Shown in pieces: positions 1 to 9,949 of a DNA stretch of 45,296 nt. The stretch lies in NCBI GenBank assembly GCA_044449445.1, contig JBIOIA010000002.1, positions 1-45,296 of the forward strand. The letters run 5' to 3'. The stretch's first letter is position 1, and each line of letters opens with the position of its first letter. The notes under the pieces were generated by a model that was not told the origin of the DNA, did no database searches, and saw only the letters and a program-made list of their open reading frames with translations. Origin of the DNA: Gemmatimonadales bacterium (lineage in GTDB: Bacteria > Gemmatimonadota > Gemmatimonadetes > Gemmatimonadales > JACORV01). The position numbers were made by a program, and so were the translations under genes.

Positions 1-79
1 CGTGCATCGGCTCCAGGGACAGTGCCTTCAACACCAGTAGTTCGAGAGTGCCCTGTAGAAGATCCGACGAGTCCGGCAC
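1..79 (-). CDS. PadR-family transcriptional regulator, N-terminal fragment (continues beyond window edge)
   Basis: Minus-strand translation from GTG at 79 gives VPDSSDLLQGTLELLVLKALSLEPMH, a typical PadR winged-helix N-terminus. GGAG lies 5 nt upstream of the GTG. Absent from the ORF track because the window edge truncates it. Confidence 0.6.
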   Translation of the reverse strand, partial: MPDSSDLLQGTLELLVLKALSLEPMH

Positions 80-100
80 GATGTCTCCTCTAGAACGTCT

Positions 101-115
101 GGAGTACGGTACTCC
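101..115. promoter_or_regulatory. 15-bp perfect palindrome GGAGTAC-G-GTACTCC centred on the PadR -10 box (candidate autoregulatory operator)
   Basis: Arms at 101-107 and 109-115 are exact reverse complements. A second arm pair TCTGGAG (98-104) / CTCCAGA (121-127) overlaps it. Confidence 0.4.
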
Positions 116-134
116 ATCTTCTCCAGAGCGTCAA
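106..134 (-). promoter_or_regulatory. Sigma-70-like promoter of the PadR gene (TTGACG-N17-TACCGT)
   Basis: On the minus strand, TTGACG lies at 134-129, followed by a 17-nt spacer and TACCGT at 111-106. A 26-nt leader with GGAG follows before GTG 79. Located in a locally AT-richer spacer. Confidence 0.5.
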
Positions 135-143
135 GAGGAGATC

Positions 144-1163
<1,020 letters not shown>

Positions 1164-1173
1164 GGCAGTCTTT

Positions 1174-1203
1174 AGGTTACCCCCGCGGGCGGCAAAGGGT
1201 CAA
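1174..1203 (-). promoter_or_regulatory. Sigma-70-like promoter of moxR (TTGACC-N18-TAACCT)
   Basis: On the minus strand, TTGACC lies at 1203-1198 and contains the TGA stop of the upstream gene. TAACCT lies at 1179-1174. The ATG at 1163 is 10 nt downstream with no SD in between. Confidence 0.45.
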
Positions 1204-2420
1204 TTGCGCGCCGCGGCGCGCCCCGCCGCGCGCCCGGTCGCCCACGCCCACAGGAAGTTGTAGCCACCGATCGGCCCGAACGCGTCCAGCGCTTCGCCGC
1301 AGATATAGAGCCCCGCGCGTTTCCTGCTTTCCATTGTCCTGGGGTCGATGTCCGCCAGGCTCACGCCGCCGCCGGTGACCTCCGCCTTCGCGTATCCGCC
1401 GTGGCCGGTCCAGGGCAGGTCGCAGCGGGCGAGCAGTCCCACCAGCTTCGCGCGGTCCTCGCGGCGCAGCTGCGAGAGCCGGGTGTCGGGCGCGACGCCG
1501 GCCATGACGAGGAGCGTGTCGGCTAGTCGAGCAGGCATGTGCTCACGCACGAGCGTCGCGACGTTGCGAGGGCCCGCGGGCCTGAGCGCCGCATCCCACG
1601 CCTCCTCATTCATCGTGGTCCACTGCACGAGGAGTCGAGCGCGATCGACTCCGGCGCCCTTCGAGCGCACCAGCACATGCGACACGTCGAGCACCGACGG
1701 ACCGCTGTAGCCGCGATGCGTGAACAGGAATCCACCCGTCGCCTCGGTGCGCCGCTCAGCGTCGGACGCGGTCAGCGTGACGGTCAGCGACACGCCGGAC
1801 AGCTCGCCGAACGCATTGGGGTTGGCAAGGACGGGCGTGAGCGCGGCGTAGGTGGGGTGCACCGTGTGGCCGAGCGCGCGCAGCCACGCCAGGCCGCGCC
1901 CGTCGCTGCCGGTGGCCGGGACGGACAGGCCGCCGGTCGCCACGATAACGGCCTCGGCCGCGATCAAGCGCCCGTCCTCGGTCGCGACCCGCCAGCCGGT
2001 GTCGCTCTGCTCAAGGCCGACGACGGTCGCGTCCGGCACCCACGTCGTGCCCTTGGCGATGGCGTGCGCGAGCAGGCCATCGCGCACGTCGCGCGCCTTG
2101 TTCGACACCGGAAACAGTTTCGCGGATTCCGTCTCTTCAGCAAGCGGGATGCCGAGGTCCTGCTCGAAGAAGGCGCGCTGCTCGGAGAGCGGCCACGAGC
2201 GGATGATGTTGCGCAGTGTGTGGGGCGAGGAATCGGTGACGAACCGGGTTTCGTCGAGGCGGGAGGGGAGGATGTTGCAGCGCCCGCCGCCGCTGATGAG
2301 GATCTTCCTGCCGCCATCGGGCGTGCGCTCGATCAGGAGCGTCTCGGCGCCGCCCTCGGCCGCGAAGATGGCGGCCATCATGCCCGCCGCGCCGCCGCCG
2401 ATCACCGCCACGCGCGCCAT
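1200..2420 (-). CDS. HI0933/YhiN (BaiN-like) family NAD(P)/FAD-dependent oxidoreductase
   Basis: 406 aa. N-terminal VAVIGGGAAG dinucleotide-binding fold and the ILISGGGRCN motif characteristic of this flavoprotein family. Confidence 0.85.
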   Translation of the reverse strand: MARVAVIGGGAAGMMAAIFAAEGGAETLLIERTPDGGRKILISGGGRCNILPSRLDETRFVTDSSPHTLRNIIRSWPLSEQRAFFEQDLGIPLAEETESAKLFPVSNKARDVRDGLLAHAIAKGTTWVPDATVVGLEQSDTGWRVATEDGRLIAAEAVIVATGGLSVPATGSDGRGLAWLRALGHTVHPTYAALTPVLANPNAFGELSGVSLTVTLTASDAERRTEATGGFLFTHRGYSGPSVLDVSHVLVRSKGAGVDRARLLVQWTTMNEEAWDAALRPAGPRNVATLVREHMPARLADTLLVMAGVAPDTRLSQLRREDRAKLVGLLARCDLPWTGHGGYAKAEVTGGGVSLADIDPRTMESRKRAGLYICGEALDAFGPIGGYNFLWAWATGRAAGRAAARN

Positions 2421-2474
2421 GCATAAGGATAGCCACTAGCCGCTCCCATACGGTCGCGGCATCTTCAACACCCA

Positions 2475-5078
2475 ATGCCAGGCATCGACGACCTGATTTC
2501 GGCGCTCGCGGACCGCTACCGCATCGAGCGCGAGCTCGGCGCAGGCGGCATGGCGACCGTGTACCTCGCGCACGACGTGCGGCACGACCGCAAGGTCGCG
2601 CTGAAGGTGCTGCGGCCCGAGCTCAGCGCCATCCTTGGCGCCGGGCGCTTCCTGGCCGAGATCAAGACGACGGCCAACCTGCAGCATCCCCACATCCTGT
2701 CGCTGTTCGATTCGGGCGAGGCCGACGGGCTCGTGTTCTACGTGATGCCGTACGTGGAGGGCGAGTCGCTGCGCGATCGCATCCATCGCGAGCACCAGCT
2801 GCCGGTCGAGGACGCCGTGCGCATCGCGCGTGAGGTGGCCGACGCGCTCCACTACGCGCACCAGCACGGCATCGTGCACCGCGACATCAAGCCGGAGAAC
2901 ATCCTGCTCCATGGCGGCCACGCGCAGGTGGCCGACTTCGGCATCGCGCTCGCCGCCAGCCGCAGCGAGGGCGGCACGCGGATGACCGAGACCGGCATGT
3001 CGCTCGGCACGCCGCAGTACATGAGCCCCGAGCAGGCGATGGGCGAGCGCGAGATCACGCCCAAGGCCGACGTGTACGCGCTGGGCTGCGTGCTGTACGA
3101 GATGCTGACGGGCGAGCCGCCGTTCACCGGCCCCACGGCGCAGGCGATCGTCGCGCGGGTGATGACCGAGGAGCCGCGCTCGCTGACGCTCCAGCGCCGC
3201 ACTGTGCCCCCGCACGTCGAGGCCGCGGTGCACACGGCGCTGTCCAAGCTGCCGGCCGACCGGTTCGGCTCGGCGGCCGAGTTCGCCTCGGCACTGGGCG
3301 ATGCCCGGGCGATGGCGACCGGCCGGGTTGCCGCCGGGCCCGTCCGCGCGCAGCCTGCTCCGACGCGCCGCCTGCTCGTTCCTGCGGCGGTCGTCGCGGC
3401 GCTCGCGGCGGGGATCGTGATCGGCGCCCGCGTGCTCTCGGGTCCGGCTTCCTCGCGGCTGCTCCGGATGTCCATGACGCTGCCTAACGAGACGCCGCCC
3501 GTCGCCATCCGCCTGTCGCCGGACGGACGCGTGCTGGCCTACATAACCGGGCAGGGCGACCGGCTGGCGATCTTCACGCGCCGCCTCGACGAGCTGGTGG
3601 CGCGTCGGATGGAAGGCACGGAGGACGCCGCGACCATCAGTTTCTCTCCGGACGGCCAGTGGATCGCGTTCGTGGTCGGGACGCAGGCGCGCAAGGTGCC
3701 GGTGGCGGGCGGCGCCCCGGTGAACATTCCGGTCCAGGGCGGCGCAGCGGTCACCGCCATCGAATGGGCGGGCAACGACCGCTACGTCGTGAGCGCGAAC
3801 GGCGGGCTGGCGACGCTGGCAGCGGACGGCGCCCTGCATTTCTTCGCCCGGCAGGATTCGGCGCATGGCGAATCGAACATGGTGGTGGACCAGATGCTGC
3901 CCGGCGGGCGCGTGCTGGCGCGTCCGTGGAGCTCGCCCCCCGACGGTCCCGTTCTCGCCATCGACGTCGCCTCGGGCCGGCGCGACACGATCGTGAGCGC
4001 CAACGTGGCGTGGTCGGGGTACGCCGATGGCCTGCTGGTCTGGACGCTCCCGGACGGCTCGCTGTACGGGGCAGTCTTCGAACCCGGCGCACACCGGCTG
4101 GCCGGCCAGGCGCAGCCGCTGGGCGGCAGCGTGCTGTCCATCCTGGGATTCACGCCGCCGGTCAGCATCGGAGTGGGCGGGCTCGCGTACGCCCCGACCC
4201 GTCCGCGTGCGCTGGTGCGCGTGGCTCGCAACGGGATCGTCACGCCGTTGCTCGTCACCGACCGCACCTATCACAACCCGCGCGTCTCGCCGGACGGCCG
4301 CCGCCTGTCGCTCGACTTCACCGACCAGGTGCGGGACGTCTGGCTGTTCGACATCGCGGACTCGACGCTCACGCGCTTCGGTTTCGACTCGACCGCGCAC
4401 GACGCCGAGTGGCTGCCGGACGGCCGAGGCCTCGTGTTCGCCGCGAGCCGCGGGGGCAACATCGGTGTGTTCCGGCGCCGGTTCGACACCGGCGCCCGTG
4501 CCGAGTCCGTGCTCGTGGCGGTCCAGCAGCTGTCGATGCACGCCTTCACGCCGGACGGTCGCACCGGCATAGCCGTGGCGATCGACAACGGCGCGTTCGA
4601 CCTTGTGGCGGTCGGGCTCGATCGGCACAGCTACGACACCGTGCTCGCCACGCGGTACAACGAGGGGTGGCCGGCGCTGTCCCCCAACGGGAAATGGCTG
4701 GCCTACGAATCGGACGAGTCGGGCCGCTACGAGGTCTATGTGCGCGCCTGGCCGGGCCTGGGCGGCAAGGTCCAGGTCTCGCAGAACGGCGGCAGCGAGC
4801 CGTGCTGGTCGCGCGACGGCCGGGAGCTGTTCTACCGCTCGGGGGGCGGGGCGGACCCCTGGCTGGTGGCGGCCGTTGTCGAGCCGGGCCCGCTGATGCG
4901 CGTGCGCTCGCGTACGCAGTTGTTCAACGTGGCCACCTACGAGTTTGCCACGCCCCACCGCAACTACGATGTGTTCCCCGACGGCCGCTCGTTCGTGATG
5001 GTGCGCCAAGGCAGCCCGGGGCAGCTCGCGGAAGTCGTGTACGTGCAGGACCCCAAGGCGCTGCTCGGCCGCCGCTGA
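2475..5078 (+). CDS. Ser/Thr protein kinase with one TM helix and a C-terminal PD40/TolB-like beta-propeller
   Basis: 867 aa. Kinase motifs GAGGMATVY, HRDIKPENIL, DFG and SPE. Hydrophobic segment LLVPAAVVAALAAGIVIGARVL. Repeated SPDG/TPDG/LPDG units typical of PD40 repeats. Confidence 0.9.
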   Translation: MPGIDDLISALADRYRIERELGAGGMATVYLAHDVRHDRKVALKVLRPELSAILGAGRFLAEIKTTANLQHPHILSLFDSGEADGLVFYVMPYVEGESLRDRIHREHQLPVEDAVRIAREVADALHYAHQHGIVHRDIKPENILLHGGHAQVADFGIALAASRSEGGTRMTETGMSLGTPQYMSPEQAMGEREITPKADVYALGCVLYEMLTGEPPFTGPTAQAIVARVMTEEPRSLTLQRRTVPPHVEAAVHTALSKLPADRFGSAAEFASALGDARAMATGRVAAGPVRAQPAPTRRLLVPAAVVAALAAGIVIGARVLSGPASSRLLRMSMTLPNETPPVAIRLSPDGRVLAYITGQGDRLAIFTRRLDELVARRMEGTEDAATISFSPDGQWIAFVVGTQARKVPVAGGAPVNIPVQGGAAVTAIEWAGNDRYVVSANGGLATLAADGALHFFARQDSAHGESNMVVDQMLPGGRVLARPWSSPPDGPVLAIDVASGRRDTIVSANVAWSGYADGLLVWTLPDGSLYGAVFEPGAHRLAGQAQPLGGSVLSILGFTPPVSIGVGGLAYAPTRPRALVRVARNGIVTPLLVTDRTYHNPRVSPDGRRLSLDFTDQVRDVWLFDIADSTLTRFGFDSTAHDAEWLPDGRGLVFAASRGGNIGVFRRRFDTGARAESVLVAVQQLSMHAFTPDGRTGIAVAIDNGAFDLVAVGLDRHSYDTVLATRYNEGWPALSPNGKWLAYESDESGRYEVYVRAWPGLGGKVQVSQNGGSEPCWSRDGRELFYRSGGGADPWLVAAVVEPGPLMRVRSRTQLFNVATYEFATPHRNYDVFPDGRSFVMVRQGSPGQLAEVVYVQDPKALLGRR

Positions 5079-5118
5079 GGCGGGCCGGCATTCCTCGCGC
5101 TATATTTCCGCCCGCCGC

Positions 5119-5358
5119 ATGGCCGAAGACCAGGACGCACAGAAGGAAGGCCGGGGTTTCGGGGCCGGCTACGCCATCGTCGGCGCCGGGTTCCAGTTGG
5201 TGTTTTCCATCCTCTTCTTCATGTGGATGGGTTCGCTCCTCGACCGGAAGACGCACACCGCGCCGTTGTTTCTGCTGATCGGCCTGGGCGTCGGTCTCGC
5301 GGCGGGCTTCTACGCCTTCTGGGTCCGCGTGATGGCGGAGTCGAAGGACCGGAAGTGA
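5119..5358 (+). CDS. atpZ: AtpZ/'ATPase gene 1'-like small membrane protein
   Basis: 79 aa with two TM helices (GFQLVFSILFFMWMGSLLD...LFLLIGLGVGLAAGFYAFW). First gene of the atp cluster. Confidence 0.7.
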   Translation: MAEDQDAQKEGRGFGAGYAIVGAGFQLVFSILFFMWMGSLLDRKTHTAPLFLLIGLGVGLAAGFYAFWVRVMAESKDRK

Positions 5359-5705
5359 AGCCGCTGACGCGGCTGGTGCTGACGGCGGCTTCGCTCGAGG
5401 TGTGCTGCGGCGCCTTCGGGTACGTGGCCGGCGGGGTGTACGCGATGGCCGCGGCGTTCGTCGGAGCGAGCATAGGGGCCGCCGCGCAGATCCTGGCTGT
5501 CGTGCTGCTCAGCCCCGCGATGCGGGCGGGCACCGCGCAGTTCCAGCAGCGCTGGGTCCTCGGCATGGCGGTGCGGTTCGCGAGCTTCCTGCTGTTCGCG
5601 GCCCTGCTCGTGCTGACGAAACAGACGCTGCCGCCGCTGTGGATGGCGGCCGGCTACCTCGGCACGCTGCTCGTTCTTCTCTTTGCGGAGACGCGATTTC
5701 TGTGA
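5355..5705 (+). CDS. atpI: ATP synthase protein I (AtpI-like membrane protein)
   Basis: GTG at 5355 overlaps the atpZ stop (GTGA). Hydrophobic 116-aa product lying directly before atpB. Start chosen by coupling, not verified. Confidence 0.55.
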   Translation: MKPLTRLVLTAASLEVCCGAFGYVAGGVYAMAAAFVGASIGAAAQILAVVLLSPAMRAGTAQFQQRWVLGMAVRFASFLLFAALLVLTKQTLPPLWMAAGYLGTLLVLLFAETRFL

Positions 5706-6574
5706 TGATGCAGGATCCCGACATCGGCGGGATGATTCTCCATCACACCTCGGACGCGCACGAAATCGAGCTGCCGTTCGCGGAGTGGCTGCACTGGGGG
5801 CCGATCCACTTGCCCCAGTGGGCGCCGGTGCACGTGGGTGGCATGGAGATCGACCTGTCGCCGACCAAGCACGTCGTGTTCATGATCCTGGCGGCGTTCC
5901 TGGTCTGGCTCACGATGTACCTGACGGGCCGCGCGCTGGAGAAACAGCGGCTGTCCGGGCGTGGGCCGCGCGGCATCCCGGGGATGATCGAGGCGATGGT
6001 GTTGTACGTGCGCAAGGACGTCGCGCTCGCCAACATCGGTCACGGAGGCGGGCCGTTCGTCCCGTACATCCTGACGCTGTTCTGGTTCATCCTGTACTGC
6101 AACATGCTCGGCCTGCTGCCGTGGGGTGCGACGCCGACGGGCAACCTCGCCGTCACGGGCGCGCTGGCACTGACGGCGTTCGCCACGATCGAGATTTCGG
6201 GGATGGTGGCCCTGGGGCCCAAGGGCTACATGAAGACGATCGTGTTCTCGCCGCCCGGCACCACCGGCGTCACCAGGGTGCTGCTTACGCTGATCATGAT
6301 CCCGGTCGAGCTGATCGGGAAGGTCGTGAAGCCGTTCGCGCTGATGCTCCGTCTGTTCGCGAACATGACGGCCGGCCACTTCGTCGTGCTGTCGCTACTC
6401 GGCCTGATCTTCCTGTTCGGCAACGTGGCCATCGTCAAGTGGCTGGTGGCCGGCGGGTCGGTCTTCTTCGTACTGTTCATGATGGCCCTGGAGCTGTTCG
6501 TGGCGCTGCTCCAGGCGTACATCTTCGCGCTGCTCACGAGTGTGTTCATCGGCCTGATGCAGCATGAACATTGA
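5705..6574 (+). CDS. atpB: F-type ATP synthase Fo subunit a
   Basis: In-frame ATG at 5705 overlaps the atpI stop. Contains conserved LRLFANMTAGH and LLQAYIFALLT segments of subunit a. Confidence 0.92.
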   Translation: MMQDPDIGGMILHHTSDAHEIELPFAEWLHWGPIHLPQWAPVHVGGMEIDLSPTKHVVFMILAAFLVWLTMYLTGRALEKQRLSGRGPRGIPGMIEAMVLYVRKDVALANIGHGGGPFVPYILTLFWFILYCNMLGLLPWGATPTGNLAVTGALALTAFATIEISGMVALGPKGYMKTIVFSPPGTTGVTRVLLTLIMIPVELIGKVVKPFALMLRLFANMTAGHFVVLSLLGLIFLFGNVAIVKWLVAGGSVFFVLFMMALELFVALLQAYIFALLTSVFIGLMQHEH

Positions 6575-6580
6575 GACTAG

Positions 6581-7448
<868 letters not shown>

Positions 7449-7452
<4 letters not shown>

Positions 7453-8003
7453 AGAACCCGGTCGTCGCCCGCAACTACGCTTCGGCCCTGCTCGCGCTCG
7501 CGCGCGAGGCCGACACGGTCGAGCGCTTCGGCGATCTGCTGGACGCCATGGCGGGCGCCGTCGCGGCAACGCCCGCGGTGAAGGCCGTGCTGATGTCGCC
7601 GCGGGTGCGCAAGGATGCCAAGCAGCAGGTGCTCGCGAAGGCGCTCAAGGGCGTCGCGCCCGAGACGTTCGTGCGGTTCCTTCAGGCCATCGTGCGGCGC
7701 GGCCGCCAGGGGATGCTGTCGGACATCAGCGCCGCCTACGGCGAGCTGGCCGACCAGCACTTCAACCGGGTGCACGCGAGCGTCACGACGGCGCGCGAAG
7801 TGGACAAGAAGCTCGCCAGGGAGATCGGGGAGCGGCTCGAGCGGGCGGTGGGCAAGACGGTGCTGCCGCACTTCCACGTGGACCCGGAGGTCGTGGGCGG
7901 GGTCGTGGTCCGGGTCGGCGACCGCGTGTTCGACGGCTCGCTCAGGCGTCGCCTGCAGACCCTGCGACGCGCCATGCTGACCTCGCGCGGGGCGGGCGCC
8001 TAG
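7449..8003 (+). CDS. atpH: F-type ATP synthase subunit delta (OSCP)
   Basis: GTG at 7449 overlaps the atpF stop (GTGA). N-terminus VARNYASALLALA and C-terminal GGVVVRVGDRVFDGSLRRRL are typical of delta subunits. Confidence 0.88.
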
Positions 8004-8019
8004 CGCGTAGATTTCCGGT

Positions 8020-8601
8020 GTGAGCGGGCCTGCTGACGGCAGTTTTTCGCGGCGCGGTTTTCTCGGTGAGGCCATCAAGCTGGTGGCCCAGCAGGCTGGC
8101 AGCCTGCTCGCCGAGAAAATGGCGCCGCGGCGCCATTTCCGGCCGCCCGGTGCGCTGCCGGAGCCGGCCTTCCTGGCCGTCTGCACGCGCTGCGGGTACT
8201 GCACGGAGGCCTGCCCGGTGCACGCGATCGTGTCGGCCCCGTCCCCGGCGGGCCTGGCGGCCGGCACGCCCATCATCGAGCCCACGGTGCAACCGTGCGT
8301 GGCCTGCGAGGGTATGTTCTGCGCGAGCGTGTGTCCGACCGGCGCGCTGGTGCCGCCGGTGGACGGCTGGGCGAAGGAGAAGCTCGGCGACCTCGTGCTG
8401 GACGCCGAGCGCTGCATCGCGTTTCAGGGCATCGAGTGCGGCGTGTGCGTGCGCGTCTGTCCCATAGGGCCGGACGCGCTGGACCTCGACGAAAAGGGAC
8501 GGCCGGTGATCCGGAGCGGGTGCGTGGGATGCGGCGTGTGCGTGCGGGCGTGCGTGACGAGTCCGAGCTCGCTCGGGCTCAGCCTCGCGGAGGATTATTG
8601 A
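8020..8601 (+). CDS. 4Fe-4S dicluster ferredoxin-type protein (NapF/NapG-like) with twin-arginine-like N-terminus
   Basis: 193 aa. SRRGFLG motif near the N-terminus. Several Cys clusters: CTRCGYCTEACP, CVACEGMFCASVCP, CGVCVRVCP, CVGCGVCVRAC. Confidence 0.8.
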   Translation: MSGPADGSFSRRGFLGEAIKLVAQQAGSLLAEKMAPRRHFRPPGALPEPAFLAVCTRCGYCTEACPVHAIVSAPSPAGLAAGTPIIEPTVQPCVACEGMFCASVCPTGALVPPVDGWAKEKLGDLVLDAERCIAFQGIECGVCVRVCPIGPDALDLDEKGRPVIRSGCVGCGVCVRACVTSPSSLGLSLAEDY

Positions 8602-8966
8602 TGGACCATCCGCACGGGTTCACACCGGAACGGACCGAGAAGCCCTGGGGGTACGAGATCCTGTGGGCGCACACGGATCGTTATGTGGGGAAGATCCTGC
8701 ATATCGAGCCGGGCCACATCCTGAGCCTGCAGTATCACAAGCAGAAGCACGAATCCATCTACGTGCTGCGAGGCCGCATGATCTTCCGCTACCAGGACGA
8801 AGCGGGCGAGATGAAGGAACGCGAGATGATCGCGGGCGACGCGCAGCAGGTGCCGACGGGAATGGTCCACCAGTTCGAGGCGATCGAGCGCACCGACGTG
8901 CTCGAGGCCTCGACCGATCACCTGGGCGACGTGGTCCGGCTCCAGGACCGGTACGGGAGGGCCTGA
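8601..8966 (+). CDS. Cupin-domain protein (type II mannose-6-phosphate isomerase-like cupin)
   Basis: ATG at 8601 overlaps the preceding stop (TGATG). KPWGYEILW...LSLQYHKQKHESIYVLRG...VHQFEA is a cupin signature. Confidence 0.8.
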   Translation: MDHPHGFTPERTEKPWGYEILWAHTDRYVGKILHIEPGHILSLQYHKQKHESIYVLRGRMIFRYQDEAGEMKEREMIAGDAQQVPTGMVHQFEAIERTDVLEASTDHLGDVVRLQDRYGRA

Positions 8967-9946
8967 TGCAGGTCATCATCCCGCTCGCCGGCAAGGGCAC
9001 CCGGATACGGCCGCACACCCACCTGGTGCCGAAGCCGCTCATCAAGGTGGCGGGCCGGCCCGTGATGGACTGGGTGATGGACACGCTCAAGGGTCTCGAT
9101 GTCTCCGAACTGATCTTCATCACGGGGCATCTCAAGGGGCAGGTCGAGTCGTACGTCCGCGAGCACTACAAGATCTCGGCGCGGTTCGTCGAGCAGCGCG
9201 TGCAGGACGGCACGGCGGGCGCGGTGAATCTCGCGCGTCCCTACGTCACGGGTCCGGTGCTGATCATCTTCGTGGACACCGTGTTCGAGGCCGACCTCTC
9301 GATCGTCGAAGGCGACCGCGACGACGGCATCATCTGGGCGAAGGAAGTCGAGGACTACCAGCGCTTCGGCGTGGTGGTGACCGACAAGCGCGGCTACATG
9401 ACGAGGATCGTCGAGAAGCCGAAGGATCCCATCTCGAAGCTCGCGAACATCGGGCTGTACTACATCCGCGACGTGGACGCGCTGTGGGCGGGCATCGACC
9501 ACGTCCTCAAGAGCCCGCAGAACAAGGGCGAGTGGTACCTGACCGACGCGTTCCAGCACATGATCGAGCACGGCAAGCGGATCAAGACCGCCAAGGTGGC
9601 GGGCTGGTACGACTGCGGCGCCCTGAGCACGACGCTCGAGACCAACGCGATCCTGCTCGAGAAGACGAAAGGCGGCGGCCCGCGCAATTTCCCGAGCCAC
9701 GTGAAGATCGTGGAGCCGTGCCTGATCGAGGAAGGCGTCATGATCGAGCGCTCGACGGTCGGGCCGCACGTGGTGCTGGAGGCGGGCACCGTGGTGCGCG
9801 ACAGCTCGATTCGCGAGTCGATGGTGGGCCGCAAGTGCCGCATCGAGCGCGCCGAGCTCCGGGACTCGATGCTCGGCGACGAGGTGGTGGTGGTGGGGCT
9901 GCTGGGAACCGCGTCGCTGGGCTCCCACAGCGAGGTACTGGTCTAG
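8966..9946 (+). CDS. Sugar-phosphate nucleotidyltransferase with C-terminal left-handed beta-helix-like region
   Basis: ATG at 8966 overlaps the cupin stop. Has the N-terminal IPLAGKGTRIRP (GxGTRxxP) motif. The sugar specificity cannot be read from sequence. Confidence 0.8.
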   Translation: MQVIIPLAGKGTRIRPHTHLVPKPLIKVAGRPVMDWVMDTLKGLDVSELIFITGHLKGQVESYVREHYKISARFVEQRVQDGTAGAVNLARPYVTGPVLIIFVDTVFEADLSIVEGDRDDGIIWAKEVEDYQRFGVVVTDKRGYMTRIVEKPKDPISKLANIGLYYIRDVDALWAGIDHVLKSPQNKGEWYLTDAFQHMIEHGKRIKTAKVAGWYDCGALSTTLETNAILLEKTKGGGPRNFPSHVKIVEPCLIEEGVMIERSTVGPHVVLEAGTVVRDSSIRESMVGRKCRIERAELRDSMLGDEVVVVGLLGTASLGSHSEVLV

Positions 9947-9949
9947 CCG

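Noticed and set aside
3482-3489. The octamer GCCTAACG recurs five times: 3482, 10832, 28762 and 36902 on plus, and 15915-15922 as its reverse complement.
   Set aside because: All copies are inside unrelated coding regions with no shared flanks. A rough composition estimate predicts 1-2 copies by chance, so five is not convincing without a genome-wide count.
2436-5009. 857-aa minus-strand ORF antisense to the kinase gene. Similar long ORFs: 48-1175 (+), 8918-9928 (-), 16113-19103 (-), 19164-20246 (-), 39506-41380 (-), 41499-43328 (-), and the upstream part of 41555-44131 (+).
   Set aside because: All are extremely Arg/Ala/Gly/Pro/His-rich with no motifs. Each lies opposite or out of frame to genes with clear family signatures. 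Stop-codon scarcity in GC-rich DNA explains them.
5079-5116. Inverted repeat GGCGGGC ... GCCCGCC between the kinase gene and atpZ, considered as a terminator. A TATATT box at 5101-5106 was considered as the atp promoter.
   Set aside because: The stem is only 7 bp with a 24-nt loop and no T-tract. The TATATT box has no TTG-type -35 at 16-18 nt, unlike the other promoter-like sites. It is left as unresolved rather than called.
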